DNA from: an uncultured Candidatus Saccharibacteria bacterium
GTDB taxonomy: Bacteria > Patescibacteriota > Minisyncoccia > Phycocordibacterales > UBA9973
Reading direction: 5' to 3'
Length of the DNA: 51,873 bases
Assembly (NCBI GenBank): GCA_964645245.1
Contig: CAZYBS010000005.1
Span: 1-51,873, forward strand
The first letter of the stretch is position 1, and each line of letters starts with the position of its first letter. The position numbers and the translations under genes are program-made. Below are positions 32,415-42,723 of this stretch, piece by piece. The notes beneath the pieces were generated by a model. The model was not told where the DNA came from, did no database searches, and saw only the letters and a list, made by a program, of their open reading frames with translations.

Positions 32415-34961
32415 TTATTGGCAGCTATCGCATAATAATTTTTCTTGCGGATCTTCAGAAACATGCACATGAGGCGTTATGGAAGCTACTTCTCCTTCTT
32501 CTACTACGTCTACATTCTGAGCCTGTTCTTCTTTGGCTGTTTCTTTCTGTCCCTCTTTGTCGCGGAGCACCGCAAAACCTCTTTTGCCCAGTGCTTCGGC
32601 TTTATTGACTACCGTCGTGGATTGCTCAGCTGAATGACGCGGTTTCATATGAAGGTAATAAGTTGTTTTCAGGCCTTTATCCCAAGCGGTAGTATAGATA
32701 TTCATAATCTCATTGATGTCTCGAATTTCTAAATACATATTACGAGATATTCCCATGTCCACCCATTTTTGAGCGCGAGCCGCTACCTCTATATATGCAT
32801 AAGGAGAAATAGAAAATGAAGTTTTGTATATTTTTTTAACATGATCTGGAATTTCTGTGATGGATTCAATGTCGCCATGATTCTCTAGTATGGCTTCACG
32901 TGTTTTCTCCCAAAGATTTTCCTTCTGCAGGGCTTGCATCATATTTGGATTTACCTCCAGGTATTTACCGGAGATTTTATTTCTGGAAAACATTTGGGTA
33001 AATCTCGGATCAATACCCGGGCTTGTTCCGGCCACCAGTCCAATGTTGGCATTTGGCGCGATCGCCAGCAGGGTCGCATTGCGCATTCCTTTTTTTACTT
33101 TAGCGCGCAACATTTCCCAATCAAGCACTGGAAGCAGTTTAGCGGATTCTTTTTTCACCGTTAATTCTCTTTGGCGGTCTTGTTCTAATTTAATCAGAGT
33201 ATCAACCGGTACTTCTCCTTTAGACCAGCCTGAACCTTTGAAATTTTTATAAGATCCTCTCTCCTGCGCTAAATTTGCCGACTCATCAATGGACATATAA
33301 GAAATAAATTCAAAAACTTGGTCGGCAAAATCATAAGCCTCACTATCTTCATATGAATATCCAAGCTGTTCAATTGAATCAGCAAAGCCCATCAGCCCCA
33401 AGCCCACTGCTCTATTTTGAGAATCAGCGCGTCGGGCTTCAGGAATAGGAAGCTCGTTGATGTCCACTAGGTTATCAAGCTGGCGAGTCGCCAGACGGAC
33501 CGACTCTTCTAACCGGTGCCAATCAACTTGTCCGTTTACTATGTGTCGCGCCATATTAATTGAAATTAAATTACAGACCGCTACATTATCTCTATCCGTC
33601 GGCAAAGTGACTTCGGTGCAGAGGTTGGAGCAGTGAATGGTGCCGGTGTTGTTGTTTAAGGCGCGGATATTTATTGAATCTTTCCAGGTCAGCCAAGGGT
33701 GCGAGGTGGTCTCCAAAGAAATTAATATATTCTTATATTGTTGGCGAGCCGGAATTACCTCATGCATCCTAAGTTTTCCCTGTTGGGCCATTTTTACATA
33801 TTCATTGTATCTTTTAGAAAACTCTTTACCGACAAGCTCATTTAAGTCTTTTACTTCATTCGGGTCAAACAAATACCATTCATCACCTGCTAATACTCTT
33901 TTCATGAATTCATCCGATATGAATACGGCTGTATTGGCGGTGCGGGTTCGGCGGTAATCATCGCCATTGTTTTGTTTTAAATCCAAAAAATCTTGGAAAT
34001 TTAGATGCCAATTTTCCATATAAAAACAAAGCGCGCCCAGTTTCTTTCCACCGCGCTGTACTGCCCGCACGGCCGAGTCCACGATATGCATAAATGGGAT
34101 AGGGCCGGAAGATTTTGTATTGCTTGATTTCAAGAAAGATCCTTCGGCTCGTAATTTTGTCACCGACAGGCCGATGCCGCCGGTGGCCTTTGAAAGTATC
34201 AATACATCCGAAACAGTTTTGCCAATGTGCTCCATATCGTCGTGTATTTCCATCAAGTAACAATTTGAAAGTTTCGGATGCGGAGTGCCGGCGCCGATAT
34301 TTGATGAGCCAGCCGAAAGATATTCCAGCTTAGACATTTTCTGATAAAACTTTTTTGCCCATTCCGTAGGGTTTTTTTCATTTAAAGACATACCCATCGC
34401 GACACGCATCCAAAAATATTGTGGTGTTTCCAGGGGAGCCTGTTTTTCATTTTTCATCAAATAGCGATTTTGCATCGTCGAGAGCCCGGAATATTTATAG
34501 AGTTCATCATTTTCTATTTTTAAATGAGAAGCTAAATCTTCCAGGTCAAAAGTCGTCGCCATTCTTTTATCGAGCAGGCCTCTTTCAACTGCATTTAAAA
34601 TGTATCCTTTGAAATGAGAGCTGTGTAGTTTTGTAAATTCTGCCCCAGATATACTTTTAGATTCGTCGTTGTCATAATCCCCGATGACTTTTTTGTAAAT
34701 TACTTTCAAAAGCAGACGAGTGGCTATCTTATCAAACTCCGCGCCATATTGGGTATTTTGCAGAGCGGCATTTATAGTCGCCGCATCCATTTCTTCGGTC
34801 GTGATTCCATCATAGAGTGTCAGTTGTGTCTCGGTGGCTATCTGGATGACCTTACTAATAGGATCAGTAATGCCATAACAGGCTCTTTCTATGGACTTAT
34901 TGATTCTATCAGCGTTGAAAGGTACTTTAGATCCGTCTCTTTTTGTAATTGTAATCGTCAT
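32415..34961 (-). CDS. nrdA: ribonucleotide reductase alpha subunit with ATP cone
   Basis: ITKRDG, SNC, SNLCTE, GLKTTYY motifs and C-terminal CDSC. Confidence 0.96.
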   Translation of the reverse strand: MTITITKRDGSKVPFNADRINKSIERACYGITDPISKVIQIATETQLTLYDGITTEEMDAATINAALQNTQYGAEFDKIATRLLLKVIYKKVIGDYDNDESKSISGAEFTKLHSSHFKGYILNAVERGLLDKRMATTFDLEDLASHLKIENDELYKYSGLSTMQNRYLMKNEKQAPLETPQYFWMRVAMGMSLNEKNPTEWAKKFYQKMSKLEYLSAGSSNIGAGTPHPKLSNCYLMEIHDDMEHIGKTVSDVLILSKATGGIGLSVTKLRAEGSFLKSSNTKSSGPIPFMHIVDSAVRAVQRGGKKLGALCFYMENWHLNFQDFLDLKQNNGDDYRRTRTANTAVFISDEFMKRVLAGDEWYLFDPNEVKDLNELVGKEFSKRYNEYVKMAQQGKLRMHEVIPARQQYKNILISLETTSHPWLTWKDSINIRALNNNTGTIHCSNLCTEVTLPTDRDNVAVCNLISINMARHIVNGQVDWHRLEESVRLATRQLDNLVDINELPIPEARRADSQNRAVGLGLMGFADSIEQLGYSYEDSEAYDFADQVFEFISYMSIDESANLAQERGSYKNFKGSGWSKGEVPVDTLIKLEQDRQRELTVKKESAKLLPVLDWEMLRAKVKKGMRNATLLAIAPNANIGLVAGTSPGIDPRFTQMFSRNKISGKYLEVNPNMMQALQKENLWEKTREAILENHGDIESITEIPDHVKKIYKTSFSISPYAYIEVAARAQKWVDMGISRNMYLEIRDINEIMNIYTTAWDKGLKTTYYLHMKPRHSAEQSTTVVNKAEALGKRGFAVLRDKEGQKETAKEEQAQNVDVVEEGEVASITPHVHVSEDPQEKLLCDSCQ

Positions 34962-35093
34962 AGAACACCATTATACTTCGCTTGCGAGTTAAAGGGCAAG
35001 TTAATATCTTTAAAATTATCATCAGAGAAAAATGATTCAATTTAGTCAATACTAGTGCTAGGAAATCCTTTAGAATTTTGGTAAAATACCCGT

Positions 35094-35525
35094 ATGTTAA
35101 AAAAAAGTAAACAAATGAGAATTATGGTCTTTGGAACTTTTGATAGATTACACAACGGTCACCTTGATTTTTTTAAGCAGGCGCGAAAATTGGCTATTAA
35201 ACCATTTCTCATTGTTTCTGTGGCCCGAGATAAAAATGTAATAAAAATAAAAAGAAAATTTTCCGTTTTGAACGAGAAACAGAGAATGATTTTAGTTAAA
35301 AAATGCAAGTTGGTTAATAAAGTGGTATTGTCTGGTCTGAAAAATCATATTCCACATATCGTAAAAGAATGTCCGGATATTATTGCTCTAGGATATGATC
35401 AAAAAGCTTATGTTCAGAATCTTAAAAAAGACCTAGAAAATAAAGGTATAATAGTTAAAATAGTGCGTTTAAAGCCCTATAAGAAAAGAATCTACAAAAA
35501 TAACTTGCTTAAAATTAAAAGATAA
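35094..35525 (+). CDS. cytidylyltransferase-like protein (RibL-type FAD synthetase-like)
   Basis: GTFD.LHNGH, VARD and PDIIALGYDQ motifs. Confidence 0.85.
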   Translation: MLKKSKQMRIMVFGTFDRLHNGHLDFFKQARKLAIKPFLIVSVARDKNVIKIKRKFSVLNEKQRMILVKKCKLVNKVVLSGLKNHIPHIVKECPDIIALGYDQKAYVQNLKKDLENKGIIVKIVRLKPYKKRIYKNNLLKIKR

Positions 35526-35539
35526 GTATGATTTAATTT

Positions 35540-36853
35540 ATGGAAGATTTTGACTTAATAAAATTTATGAAAAACATTTTTGCAAACAAAAATTTTGTGT
35601 ATCTGTATTTTTTGCTTTTACTATCCTTAATTGTTATTTTCGGGTTTTTGGCGGGAGCAGTATTCTACTTTAGAGCAAATATTTTCTCATACTTTGCCGA
35701 AGAGTATTTACAAAAAAACCAAGAGCAAAGTCTGAATGATAAAGACGATACAAAAGTTGCCACTGAAAAAATTATTGAGAAACAATTAATTTTTTCTAGA
35801 GAATCTTTTGTTATTGATGCGGTGAAAAAAGCAAATCCGGCCGTCATATCTATAATTATCTCCAAAGAAGTTCCAACCTACGAAACTTATATTGATCCCA
35901 ATCAACAGCAAAATCCATTTGGGGATTTATTTCCTGGTTTTTCTTTTAACATCCCGCAATATCGTCAAAAAGGAACAGAGAAAAAACAAATTGGCGGAGG
36001 ATCGGGGTTTTTTGTATCCAGTGATGGTCTAATTGTCACCAATAGGCATGTGGTTGACCAAAAAGATGTTGAATATACTGTTTTTACCAATGATGGTAAA
36101 AAACATATAGCCCAAGTTATTGCCCGTGATCCAATTCTCGATATTGCTCTTATAAAGATTGAGGGAAATAATTTCCCAAGTCTTGCTCTGGGCAATTCAG
36201 AAACGCTCCAAGTAGGGCAGAGTGTTATTGCTATAGGTAATGCCCTAGCCGAATTTAGGAATACTGTTTCGGTCGGGGTAATTTCTGGCCTGGCCCGTTC
36301 AATCACGGCAGGAATTTCTTTCGGAAACAGAGAGGTATTGGACCATGTTATTCAAACAGATGCGGCAATTAATCCCGGCAATTCCGGCGGACCGTTGCTG
36401 GATCTTTCCGGTAAAGTGATTGGTGTCAATGTTGCCATTGCCCAGGGGTCTCAAAATATAGGTTTTGCCTTGCCGATAAATAGCGTCAAAAGCGCGATTG
36501 AATCGGTAAAAACAACCGGCAAAATTGTTCGTCCATATTTGGGTCTGCGCTATGTGGCCATCAATGCCGAGATGAAAGAAAAAAATAATTTAACTGTTGA
36601 TTACGGAGTATTGATTAAAGCTGGAGCTAATGCGAATGAACTGGCCGTTATTCCGGGCAGTCCGGCGGACAAAGCCGGCATCGTGGAGAATGATATAATT
36701 CTTAAAGTGGACGGGGTCAAACTGGACGACCAGACAAATCTGGCTTCTATTATTCGGGAGAAAAAAATTGGCCAAGTGATAAATCTAAAAATTCTGCATA
36801 AAGGCGTTGAAAAAAATGTTTCCGTCACTCTCGAAGCCGCAAAGGATAGTTAG
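35540..36853 (+). CDS. htrA: HtrA/DegP-like serine protease with PDZ domain
   Basis: TNRHV, DIAL and QTDAAINPGNSGGPL motifs; PDZ GSPADKAG. Confidence 0.95.
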   Translation: MEDFDLIKFMKNIFANKNFVYLYFLLLLSLIVIFGFLAGAVFYFRANIFSYFAEEYLQKNQEQSLNDKDDTKVATEKIIEKQLIFSRESFVIDAVKKANPAVISIIISKEVPTYETYIDPNQQQNPFGDLFPGFSFNIPQYRQKGTEKKQIGGGSGFFVSSDGLIVTNRHVVDQKDVEYTVFTNDGKKHIAQVIARDPILDIALIKIEGNNFPSLALGNSETLQVGQSVIAIGNALAEFRNTVSVGVISGLARSITAGISFGNREVLDHVIQTDAAINPGNSGGPLLDLSGKVIGVNVAIAQGSQNIGFALPINSVKSAIESVKTTGKIVRPYLGLRYVAINAEMKEKNNLTVDYGVLIKAGANANELAVIPGSPADKAGIVENDIILKVDGVKLDDQTNLASIIREKKIGQVINLKILHKGVEKNVSVTLEAAKDS

Positions 36854-36885
36854 TCACACCTCGCTCTAAAAATACAAATCAAAAA

Positions 36886-36990
36886 TCACCACCCCTAGCC
36901 CCTCCTCACTAAGGAGGGGAGGGAACAAATTGGGACCCTCTCCTCTTCATGAAAGAGGAGTACCTGACTTTAGGTCAGGGGAGGTGGTGA
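36886..36990. repeat. two palindromic units at the 3' end of the DUF559 gene
   Basis: TCACCACCCC..CCCCTCCT-cacta-AGGAGGGG (36886-36920) and CTCCTCTT..AAGAGGAGTAC(CCTGAC/GTCAGG)GGAGGTGGTGA (36938-36990). Confidence 0.88.
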
Positions 36991-37336
36991 GTTCCTCTTT
37001 TATTTTTCTGATTACTCTTTCTGTTTCTGTACTTACTTCCAAATTCGTAAAACGTACAACTTTTATATTCAACCCATCGAAATAACTGCTTCTTATTTTA
37101 TCGTATTCTTTGTTTTCTTTTTTAAAATGCTGTGGCCCATCAATCTCAATTACTAATTTCTTTGCTGGGCAATAGAAATCAACAATATAACCGCCAATGC
37201 TATGTTGTCTCCGAAACTTAAAGCCCGTTTGAGAATTTTTCAGTTGTAGCCACAACAAAATTTCTTCCGGCGTACTACTATTTCTCAATTCTTTTCTTCT
37301 GTGAAGTAAACTTGTTATATTGTGTACAATCTTCAT
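36947..37336 (-). CDS. DUF559 (Vsr-like) endonuclease domain protein
   Basis: RKELR..ST.EE.LLW, KFRRQH.IG.YIVDFYC, LVIEIDG.QH, YD..R and VVRFTN motifs. Confidence 0.92.
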   Translation of the reverse strand: MKIVHNITSLLHRRKELRNSSTPEEILLWLQLKNSQTGFKFRRQHSIGGYIVDFYCPAKKLVIEIDGPQHFKKENKEYDKIRSSYFDGLNIKVVRFTNLEVSTETERVIRKIKEELTTSPDLKSGTPLS

Positions 37337-37351
37337 TTGAATTTTGTTTCT

Positions 37352-37454
37352 TCCCCTCCTTGTGGAGGAGGGGTGCCCTTTAGGGCGGGGTGGTGATTAA
37401 TATACCGCCTCCCTCCGACTAAGTCGGAGTACTCCTCCTAAATTTAGGAGGAGA
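37352..37454. repeat. two palindromic units upstream of the DUF559 gene
   Basis: CCCCTCCT-tgtgg-AGGAGGGGT(GCCCT/AGGGC)GGGGTGGTGA and ACCGCCTCC(CTCCGAC/GTCGGAG)TACTCCTCCTAA..TTAGGAGGAG. Confidence 0.88.
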
Positions 37455-37462
37455 GGATAATC

Positions 37463-38614
37463 TCAAATATCACTTTTTCTTATCGTGGAAGCAAGATAGA
37501 CTCCATAAAGCATTAATGTTCCAAGAATCAAGTATATGAAATTGAAAGATGGGATGAAAATAAAAATTATCAAAGCTACGAGTGGGCCTATAACATATGC
37601 TACTGGAGTTGCGCTACGATAGACCCCGACAAATTCTTCATTTTCTGGTTTTATATGTTTAAAAAAATATACATCGCTCATCACCTCAATCGTAGCGGCT
37701 CCAACTCTCGTTGCAAATAGCATAAGAGCCCATATCCAAACTTCGGATTTTTGGATGAAAAAAAGCGCTAGAGTAAAAACCGAAGCTGTGAAAAATCCAA
37801 ACATCAACATTTTTCTTTCGCCCACCTTATCTCCATATTTTCCGATATGAAATGGAAGTATGGAAAACGGCAGAAGCATTACGGCGAAGATGATGCCGAT
37901 TTCGCTCCAATCAAATCCTAAATGCGCTGATAAGTATATCGGCGTATATATTACCATCCAACAAAAAAATAATTGAAGCAGGAGATTTATATTATATGAA
38001 CGGAACAGATTTTTATTTTTAAAAAATTCCTTGATGTATTTTATCGTTTTTAATTTATCGTATTTCGGATCTGGAATGTCTTCGAGATTAAAAAAACACA
38101 ACAAGAAAAACAGTATCATTATGGAAAATGCAGTGATATAAATCATCCTGAAAGAAAATTCTCCTAAAATTGTGCCGGACGCCAACTGCGCCAAGATCCA
38201 AGCCGAACTACTCACGGCGAGGTAAATCCCTCTTGTTTTTCCAGTTGAAGAGTTTTTAGAAAATATTTTCAGAATCTCATCCAATGAAAAAACGATTACG
38301 GTGTTCAGAGCAAAACCAAGAATGAATGCCAAAGTTGCAACCCACGCATTTTTTGCCAAGGCAAAAGCTAAGATAGACAAAGTGTCAAGTCCGATCACAA
38401 AAAGCAAAAACTTATATCCCCCGAGTTTCCTGAATATAGTTGGAGTTGTCAAAAGAGCCAAAATTGAGGCTACGGACCCTAGGGTATAAGTTATCCCCAT
38501 CAATTTTCCACTGACAAAAGAAGAAAGAAAGCTCGAGTTTATGTAGGACATCAGAGCTATCGGTAGGGAAAATAAGAAACCGGCTAAATATATTATTTTT
38601 TTATTATATTTCAT
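37463..38614 (-). CDS. MFS transporter
   Basis: About 12 TM segments; GKYGDKVGERK motif A. Confidence 0.88.
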   Translation of the reverse strand: MKYNKKIIYLAGFLFSLPIALMSYINSSFLSSFVSGKLMGITYTLGSVASILALLTTPTIFRKLGGYKFLLFVIGLDTLSILAFALAKNAWVATLAFILGFALNTVIVFSLDEILKIFSKNSSTGKTRGIYLAVSSSAWILAQLASGTILGEFSFRMIYITAFSIMILFFLLCFFNLEDIPDPKYDKLKTIKYIKEFFKNKNLFRSYNINLLLQLFFCWMVIYTPIYLSAHLGFDWSEIGIIFAVMLLPFSILPFHIGKYGDKVGERKMLMFGFFTASVFTLALFFIQKSEVWIWALMLFATRVGAATIEVMSDVYFFKHIKPENEEFVGVYRSATPVAYVIGPLVALIIFIFIPSFNFIYLILGTLMLYGVYLASTIRKSDI

Positions 38615-38625
38615 TCTTGTGTTTT

Positions 38626-40596
38626 TTAGACGCTCAATATCACCGGTATGACTAAAGGCCTTTTTTCAGTTTTCTGGTATAAGAATTTTGAAATGCTTTC
38701 CCCTAATTCTTTTTTAATGTAGTCAAAATCTATTGGACCATTTTTTGTTACTCTATCTTCCACTGATTTTTTAATAATCATTCTAACTTGCCGCAAAAGT
38801 TCCTGGTTTTCCTTCAGATAGACAAATCCGCGAGAGATTAAATCCGGAGATTTTTTTAATTTCCCGGTTTTTTGGTCTACCAGCGCGATAATGACGAACA
38901 TTCCATCCTGCGCGAGCATGACCCGGTCACGGATAACGACATCCTGCGCATCTCCGACGGAGGCGCCATCTACCATCATTAGTCCGGACGGCGCTTTCTC
39001 TTTACGCATGGCTATTTTTTGTCCGTCGGCGGATATTTCAATGATTGAACCATTGTCCGGGACCACGATGTTTTCTTCACTCATGCCGAGTTCCAGCGCC
39101 AATTCTTTATGTCTTACGAGCATTGAATGCCAGCCATGAATTGGTATGAAGAACTTTGGATGAACTTTCCTATGGAGCCACTTGATATCTTCTTGGTTAC
39201 CGTGGCCGGTCGCGTGGACGAAATCTTCACCAGCCGTGCGGTAGCTTATGATGCGCACGCCTTGCCGAGTCAAGCCGTCTTTCATTTTTTGCACCTGCAG
39301 TTCATTGCCTGGAATGATGGAGGCCGAGAGTATTATTGTGTCTCCTTTGTGTAAGGAAAATTTCGTATGTGATTTATTAGCAACCCGATTGAGTGCGGCA
39401 AATTCCTCACCTTGTGCTCCGGTCATCAGAATGACAACTTTATTGGACGGATAATTATTTATTTCCTCGATTGATATGATGGTGCCTTTTTTAGGTTGGA
39501 ATAATCCCGCTTCGATGGCCACTTCAATATTTGTTTTCATCGAACGTCCGTCAATTGCTATTTTCTTGCCCAAGGATTCGGCAAATTTTACGACATGAGC
39601 CAGTCGGGTAATATGCGAAGCAAAAGCGGCAATGATTATTCGGCCGCTTACTTTTCTGACTAAATTATCAAGTCCCTGATGCACTTTCACTTCCGGCAGG
39701 GAGAAACCCTCGTTTTCAATATTAGTGGAGTCAGTCATTAAAAGAAGCACCCTCGCTTTATCAAAAATAGAATATTCCTTTTCTTCCTCTTGGGAAACGA
39801 TTCCGTCCACTTGATCAAGTTTATAATCTCCCGGAGTTACAATCCATCCATGTTCTGTCTCTATAATTATGCCCATGGAGTCAGGAATCGTATGAGTCAC
39901 TCCGAAGAATCTCACTTTTATTTTTCCGCAGGTTATCGTTTCATCTTTTTCAACTATATTTTCTTTCATGGCTGGCAAGTGCGGAAACTCGGCTTGGCGC
40001 TTTTTCATTAACAGGATAGAAAGGTTTCTGGAATAGACCGGGGGATTGCCGATGCGTGAAAGGACCAGGGGTACACCCCCAATATGGTCCAAGTGTCCAT
40101 GCGTTATGATGAGCGCGCGTATTTTTTCCTTGCGTTCTTCAAGGTAGGTCGTGTTGGGGATAACATAATCAACTCCGGGTGTAGCTTCATTGGAAAAATG
40201 CATGCCGGCGTCAATGATAATAATGTCTCCCCCGATTTCTATCGCCGTCATATTTTTGCCGATTTCTTCCACTCCTCCCAGTGGAATAATACGAATTACT
40301 CCTCTCTCTGGCGGAAGAATACTTACGTTTTTTGCGCTATTCTGGTTTTTATATTGATTTTTCCCGCCAAACGAACGAGACCGGCCTGTTTGCCCATATC
40401 TTTTTTTGGAGTATTGATAAGTAGAACTCTTCATTGGCCTTTTTCTATCTCCCATCCGGTGTTCACTTTTGTGCTCCCCGCCCGAACGACTGTCCAGTCG
40501 GGCAGGCCCACCTGCCCATTGACGGGCAGGTGAATTCTCTCCTGTACTAGAATCCTTGCTTACTGAGCTGAAAGATAATCTGGTTTTTTTAATCAT
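38626..40596 (-). CDS. rnj: ribonuclease J (ATG 40596 preferred)
   Basis: LGGVEEIGKNM, THGHLDHIGG, DSTN, HATGHG and PIHG motifs; low-complexity N-terminal extension with inserted palindromes. Confidence 0.95.
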   Translation of the reverse strand: MIKKTRLSFSSVSKDSSTGENSPARQWAGGPARLDSRSGGEHKSEHRMGDRKRPMKSSTYQYSKKRYGQTGRSRSFGGKNQYKNQNSAKNVSILPPERGVIRIIPLGGVEEIGKNMTAIEIGGDIIIIDAGMHFSNEATPGVDYVIPNTTYLEERKEKIRALIITHGHLDHIGGVPLVLSRIGNPPVYSRNLSILLMKKRQAEFPHLPAMKENIVEKDETITCGKIKVRFFGVTHTIPDSMGIIIETEHGWIVTPGDYKLDQVDGIVSQEEEKEYSIFDKARVLLLMTDSTNIENEGFSLPEVKVHQGLDNLVRKVSGRIIIAAFASHITRLAHVVKFAESLGKKIAIDGRSMKTNIEVAIEAGLFQPKKGTIISIEEINNYPSNKVVILMTGAQGEEFAALNRVANKSHTKFSLHKGDTIILSASIIPGNELQVQKMKDGLTRQGVRIISYRTAGEDFVHATGHGNQEDIKWLHRKVHPKFFIPIHGWHSMLVRHKELALELGMSEENIVVPDNGSIIEISADGQKIAMRKEKAPSGLMMVDGASVGDAQDVVIRDRVMLAQDGMFVIIALVDQKTGKLKKSPDLISRGFVYLKENQELLRQVRMIIKKSVEDRVTKNGPIDFDYIKKELGESISKFLYQKTEKRPLVIPVILSV

Positions 40597-40606
40597 TTTT
40601 ATTTTA

Positions 40607-42370
40607 TTATCTATTAAATATTTTCCAAACATTTTCTGTTTGGCTGTACCATGAATATGCGTTTAAATAGCGATCCGAAGGTGAAATAACATGCCCCACT
40701 TTAGACTGCTTAAGATTTTTTGACACTACATATATAAAATTAGGACTGTACAAAAAAACTGCCGGCATGTCTTTTCTAATTTCATCTTCAAATTGGAGGT
40801 ATTTTTTTATTCTAGATTGTTCTTCAATTGTAATAAATGCGTCTTCTAGGATTTTATCCACCCTGGCATTAGTATACATAGCGACATTCAGCCCCGGATC
40901 TTTTCTCTGCGAGGAATGCCAAAAGGCAAAGAGATCAGACTCATGATTTATAATCTGTCCAAAGAGCAAGGCGTCATATTTGCGCGGACGAATCACATTT
41001 TGATTTAAATTACCAGTTTCAAAAGTTTTTATGTCAACTTTTATACCGATGGCCAGTAAACCTTGCTTTATGAGTTCGGCGGTTTTTGCCAATTCCGGAA
41101 CATTGCCGGTGGAGATAGAAAACTCCAGTTTGGTAATTACCTTCTTTTTTTTCTCTGTTTTTGTTTTTTCTAAAAATCCGTCTGCGCCTTTTTTCCAGCC
41201 AGCTTTAGATAAGTCATCTTGCACTTTTTGTAATATTTCCTCGCGGGCAGTATCATTTTTTTGATTATTTTTCGCATTTAATTTCTGGTATTGAACCATA
41301 TTGGGCGGTATTGGATTGTCAATTACGACTCCATATCCGAAAAGCACTTCCCGAACGATTTTTTCTTTATCGATTGCCTGATTGATAGCTTTGATGATGG
41401 TTTTATCAATAAAAAGATGATTAACATTTTGGTTGAAGAAAAGTCCGAATATCCTTGGGAGGACTGCAGAATAAACTTGATAGTTTTTTTCTTTTAAAAT
41501 TTCCGCATTGAGGGGAGTAATAGAACTTACTTGATCGATCATTTTATTTTCAAGAGCGGCGATTAGATCGTCTTCGTTTGAATAAAAATGCAAATTTATA
41601 TTTTTAATATATGGCTCGCCTAATATGAATTTTTTAAATGGTACTAACTCATAATAATCTATAATCCCCGATGCCTGCTTGCTTGCCTGGCTAATCGTGT
41701 AGGGCCCTGATCCGATGGGACTGGTGTTGGCACTGTTGAGCTCCATCGGGGAACCATCCCATAAATGCCCGGGCATAATGCCCAGTGTCGTATTTTCCAA
41801 AAATGACGCGTAGGGCTGTTTTAAAGTAAATCTAATGGTTTTTTCATCTATTTTTTCAACATTTACACCATCCCAATTTGCTTTGTGCGGACTTTTAATG
41901 ATTGAGTCTTTGACTTTATTTATAGTAAACAATACGTCATCGGCGGTAATAGATTTTCCGTCCTGAAAGTATAAATCATCTTTCAAAGTGAAAGTGTAGA
42001 TTAAGCCATTTTTTGAGTTTTCATATTTTTCCGCCAAATCCAGGGTTAAAGTTCCGTCCGGATTTCTTCTCATCAGGCCGGAATAAATGAGTGAAACCAA
42101 GTCTTGGTCGGCTAGGGAATTGGCCAGTATTGGATTTATAAAACGAGGGGTGCCGACGATGCCTTCGGAAATTGACCCTCCGCGCAGGGGCACGCTTACC
42201 ATGAAAGATTTATTGATAGCCTGCAGTATTGCCATCGTGCTTAATAACAGCATTACCACCAATCCGACAAAAACAACCTTTTCCTTTTTAGAGAAAGAAG
42301 AAAAAATCAAATCTATTTCTTTTTTTCCCGGCAATTTAAAATTGCGCACGCGACTGTAGAAATTTTCCAT
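40607..42370 (-). CDS. ABC transporter substrate-binding protein, family 5
   Basis: LIYSGL, DLAE, YTFTLK...F.DG..ITADDV.FT and PIGSGPY motifs; no permease genes adjacent. Confidence 0.92.
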   Translation of the reverse strand: MENFYSRVRNFKLPGKKEIDLIFSSFSKKEKVVFVGLVVMLLLSTMAILQAINKSFMVSVPLRGGSISEGIVGTPRFINPILANSLADQDLVSLIYSGLMRRNPDGTLTLDLAEKYENSKNGLIYTFTLKDDLYFQDGKSITADDVLFTINKVKDSIIKSPHKANWDGVNVEKIDEKTIRFTLKQPYASFLENTTLGIMPGHLWDGSPMELNSANTSPIGSGPYTISQASKQASGIIDYYELVPFKKFILGEPYIKNINLHFYSNEDDLIAALENKMIDQVSSITPLNAEILKEKNYQVYSAVLPRIFGLFFNQNVNHLFIDKTIIKAINQAIDKEKIVREVLFGYGVVIDNPIPPNMVQYQKLNAKNNQKNDTAREEILQKVQDDLSKAGWKKGADGFLEKTKTEKKKKVITKLEFSISTGNVPELAKTAELIKQGLLAIGIKVDIKTFETGNLNQNVIRPRKYDALLFGQIINHESDLFAFWHSSQRKDPGLNVAMYTNARVDKILEDAFITIEEQSRIKKYLQFEDEIRKDMPAVFLYSPNFIYVVSKNLKQSKVGHVISPSDRYLNAYSWYSQTENVWKIFNR

Positions 42371-42393
42371 AAAAGAAAAACTAAAACAAGAGT

Positions 42394-42630
42394 TTACTTG
42401 CTAATTATTATAGACAAAAATGCAAATAAAGCAAAAAGAATTCCGCAAACAAGAGAAAGGTAAAAAAGAAACTTCTCAAAACCCCGGCGGGTTTGGTGAA
42501 AACTTCCGGTATCGCTCCCACCCAAGGCGCCCCCTAATCCTGCGCCAGACTGTTGAAGCATGATTGTCAAGACCAATACCACCGAAAGAATAATCTGCAG
42601 ATAGGGCAGAATTTCCATTACTAAACTCAT
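42394..42630 (-). CDS. secG: preprotein translocase subunit SecG
   Basis: LQQSGAGLGGALGG and TRRGFEK motifs, two TM segments; start 42630 preferred. Confidence 0.92.
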   Translation of the reverse strand: MSLVMEILPYLQIILSVVLVLTIMLQQSGAGLGGALGGSDTGSFHQTRRGFEKFLFYLSLVCGILFALFAFLSIIISK

Positions 42631-42683
42631 TCCGCGATTATTGCACATTAGAGACAAAAATGCAAATATATACTTGTGACCTA

Positions 42684-42723
42684 TTCGACAAAACTCAAGG
42701 TCATGGTGAGTAAAGCCGAACCA
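42684..42723. repeat. imperfect palindromic element ending at a start codon
   Basis: TTCGAC..ACTCA-aggtcatgg-TGAGT..GCCGAA. Confidence 0.5.

Noticed and set aside
34962-35093. NrdR boxes upstream of nrdA
   Set aside because: No convincing match to the 16-bp tandem consensus.
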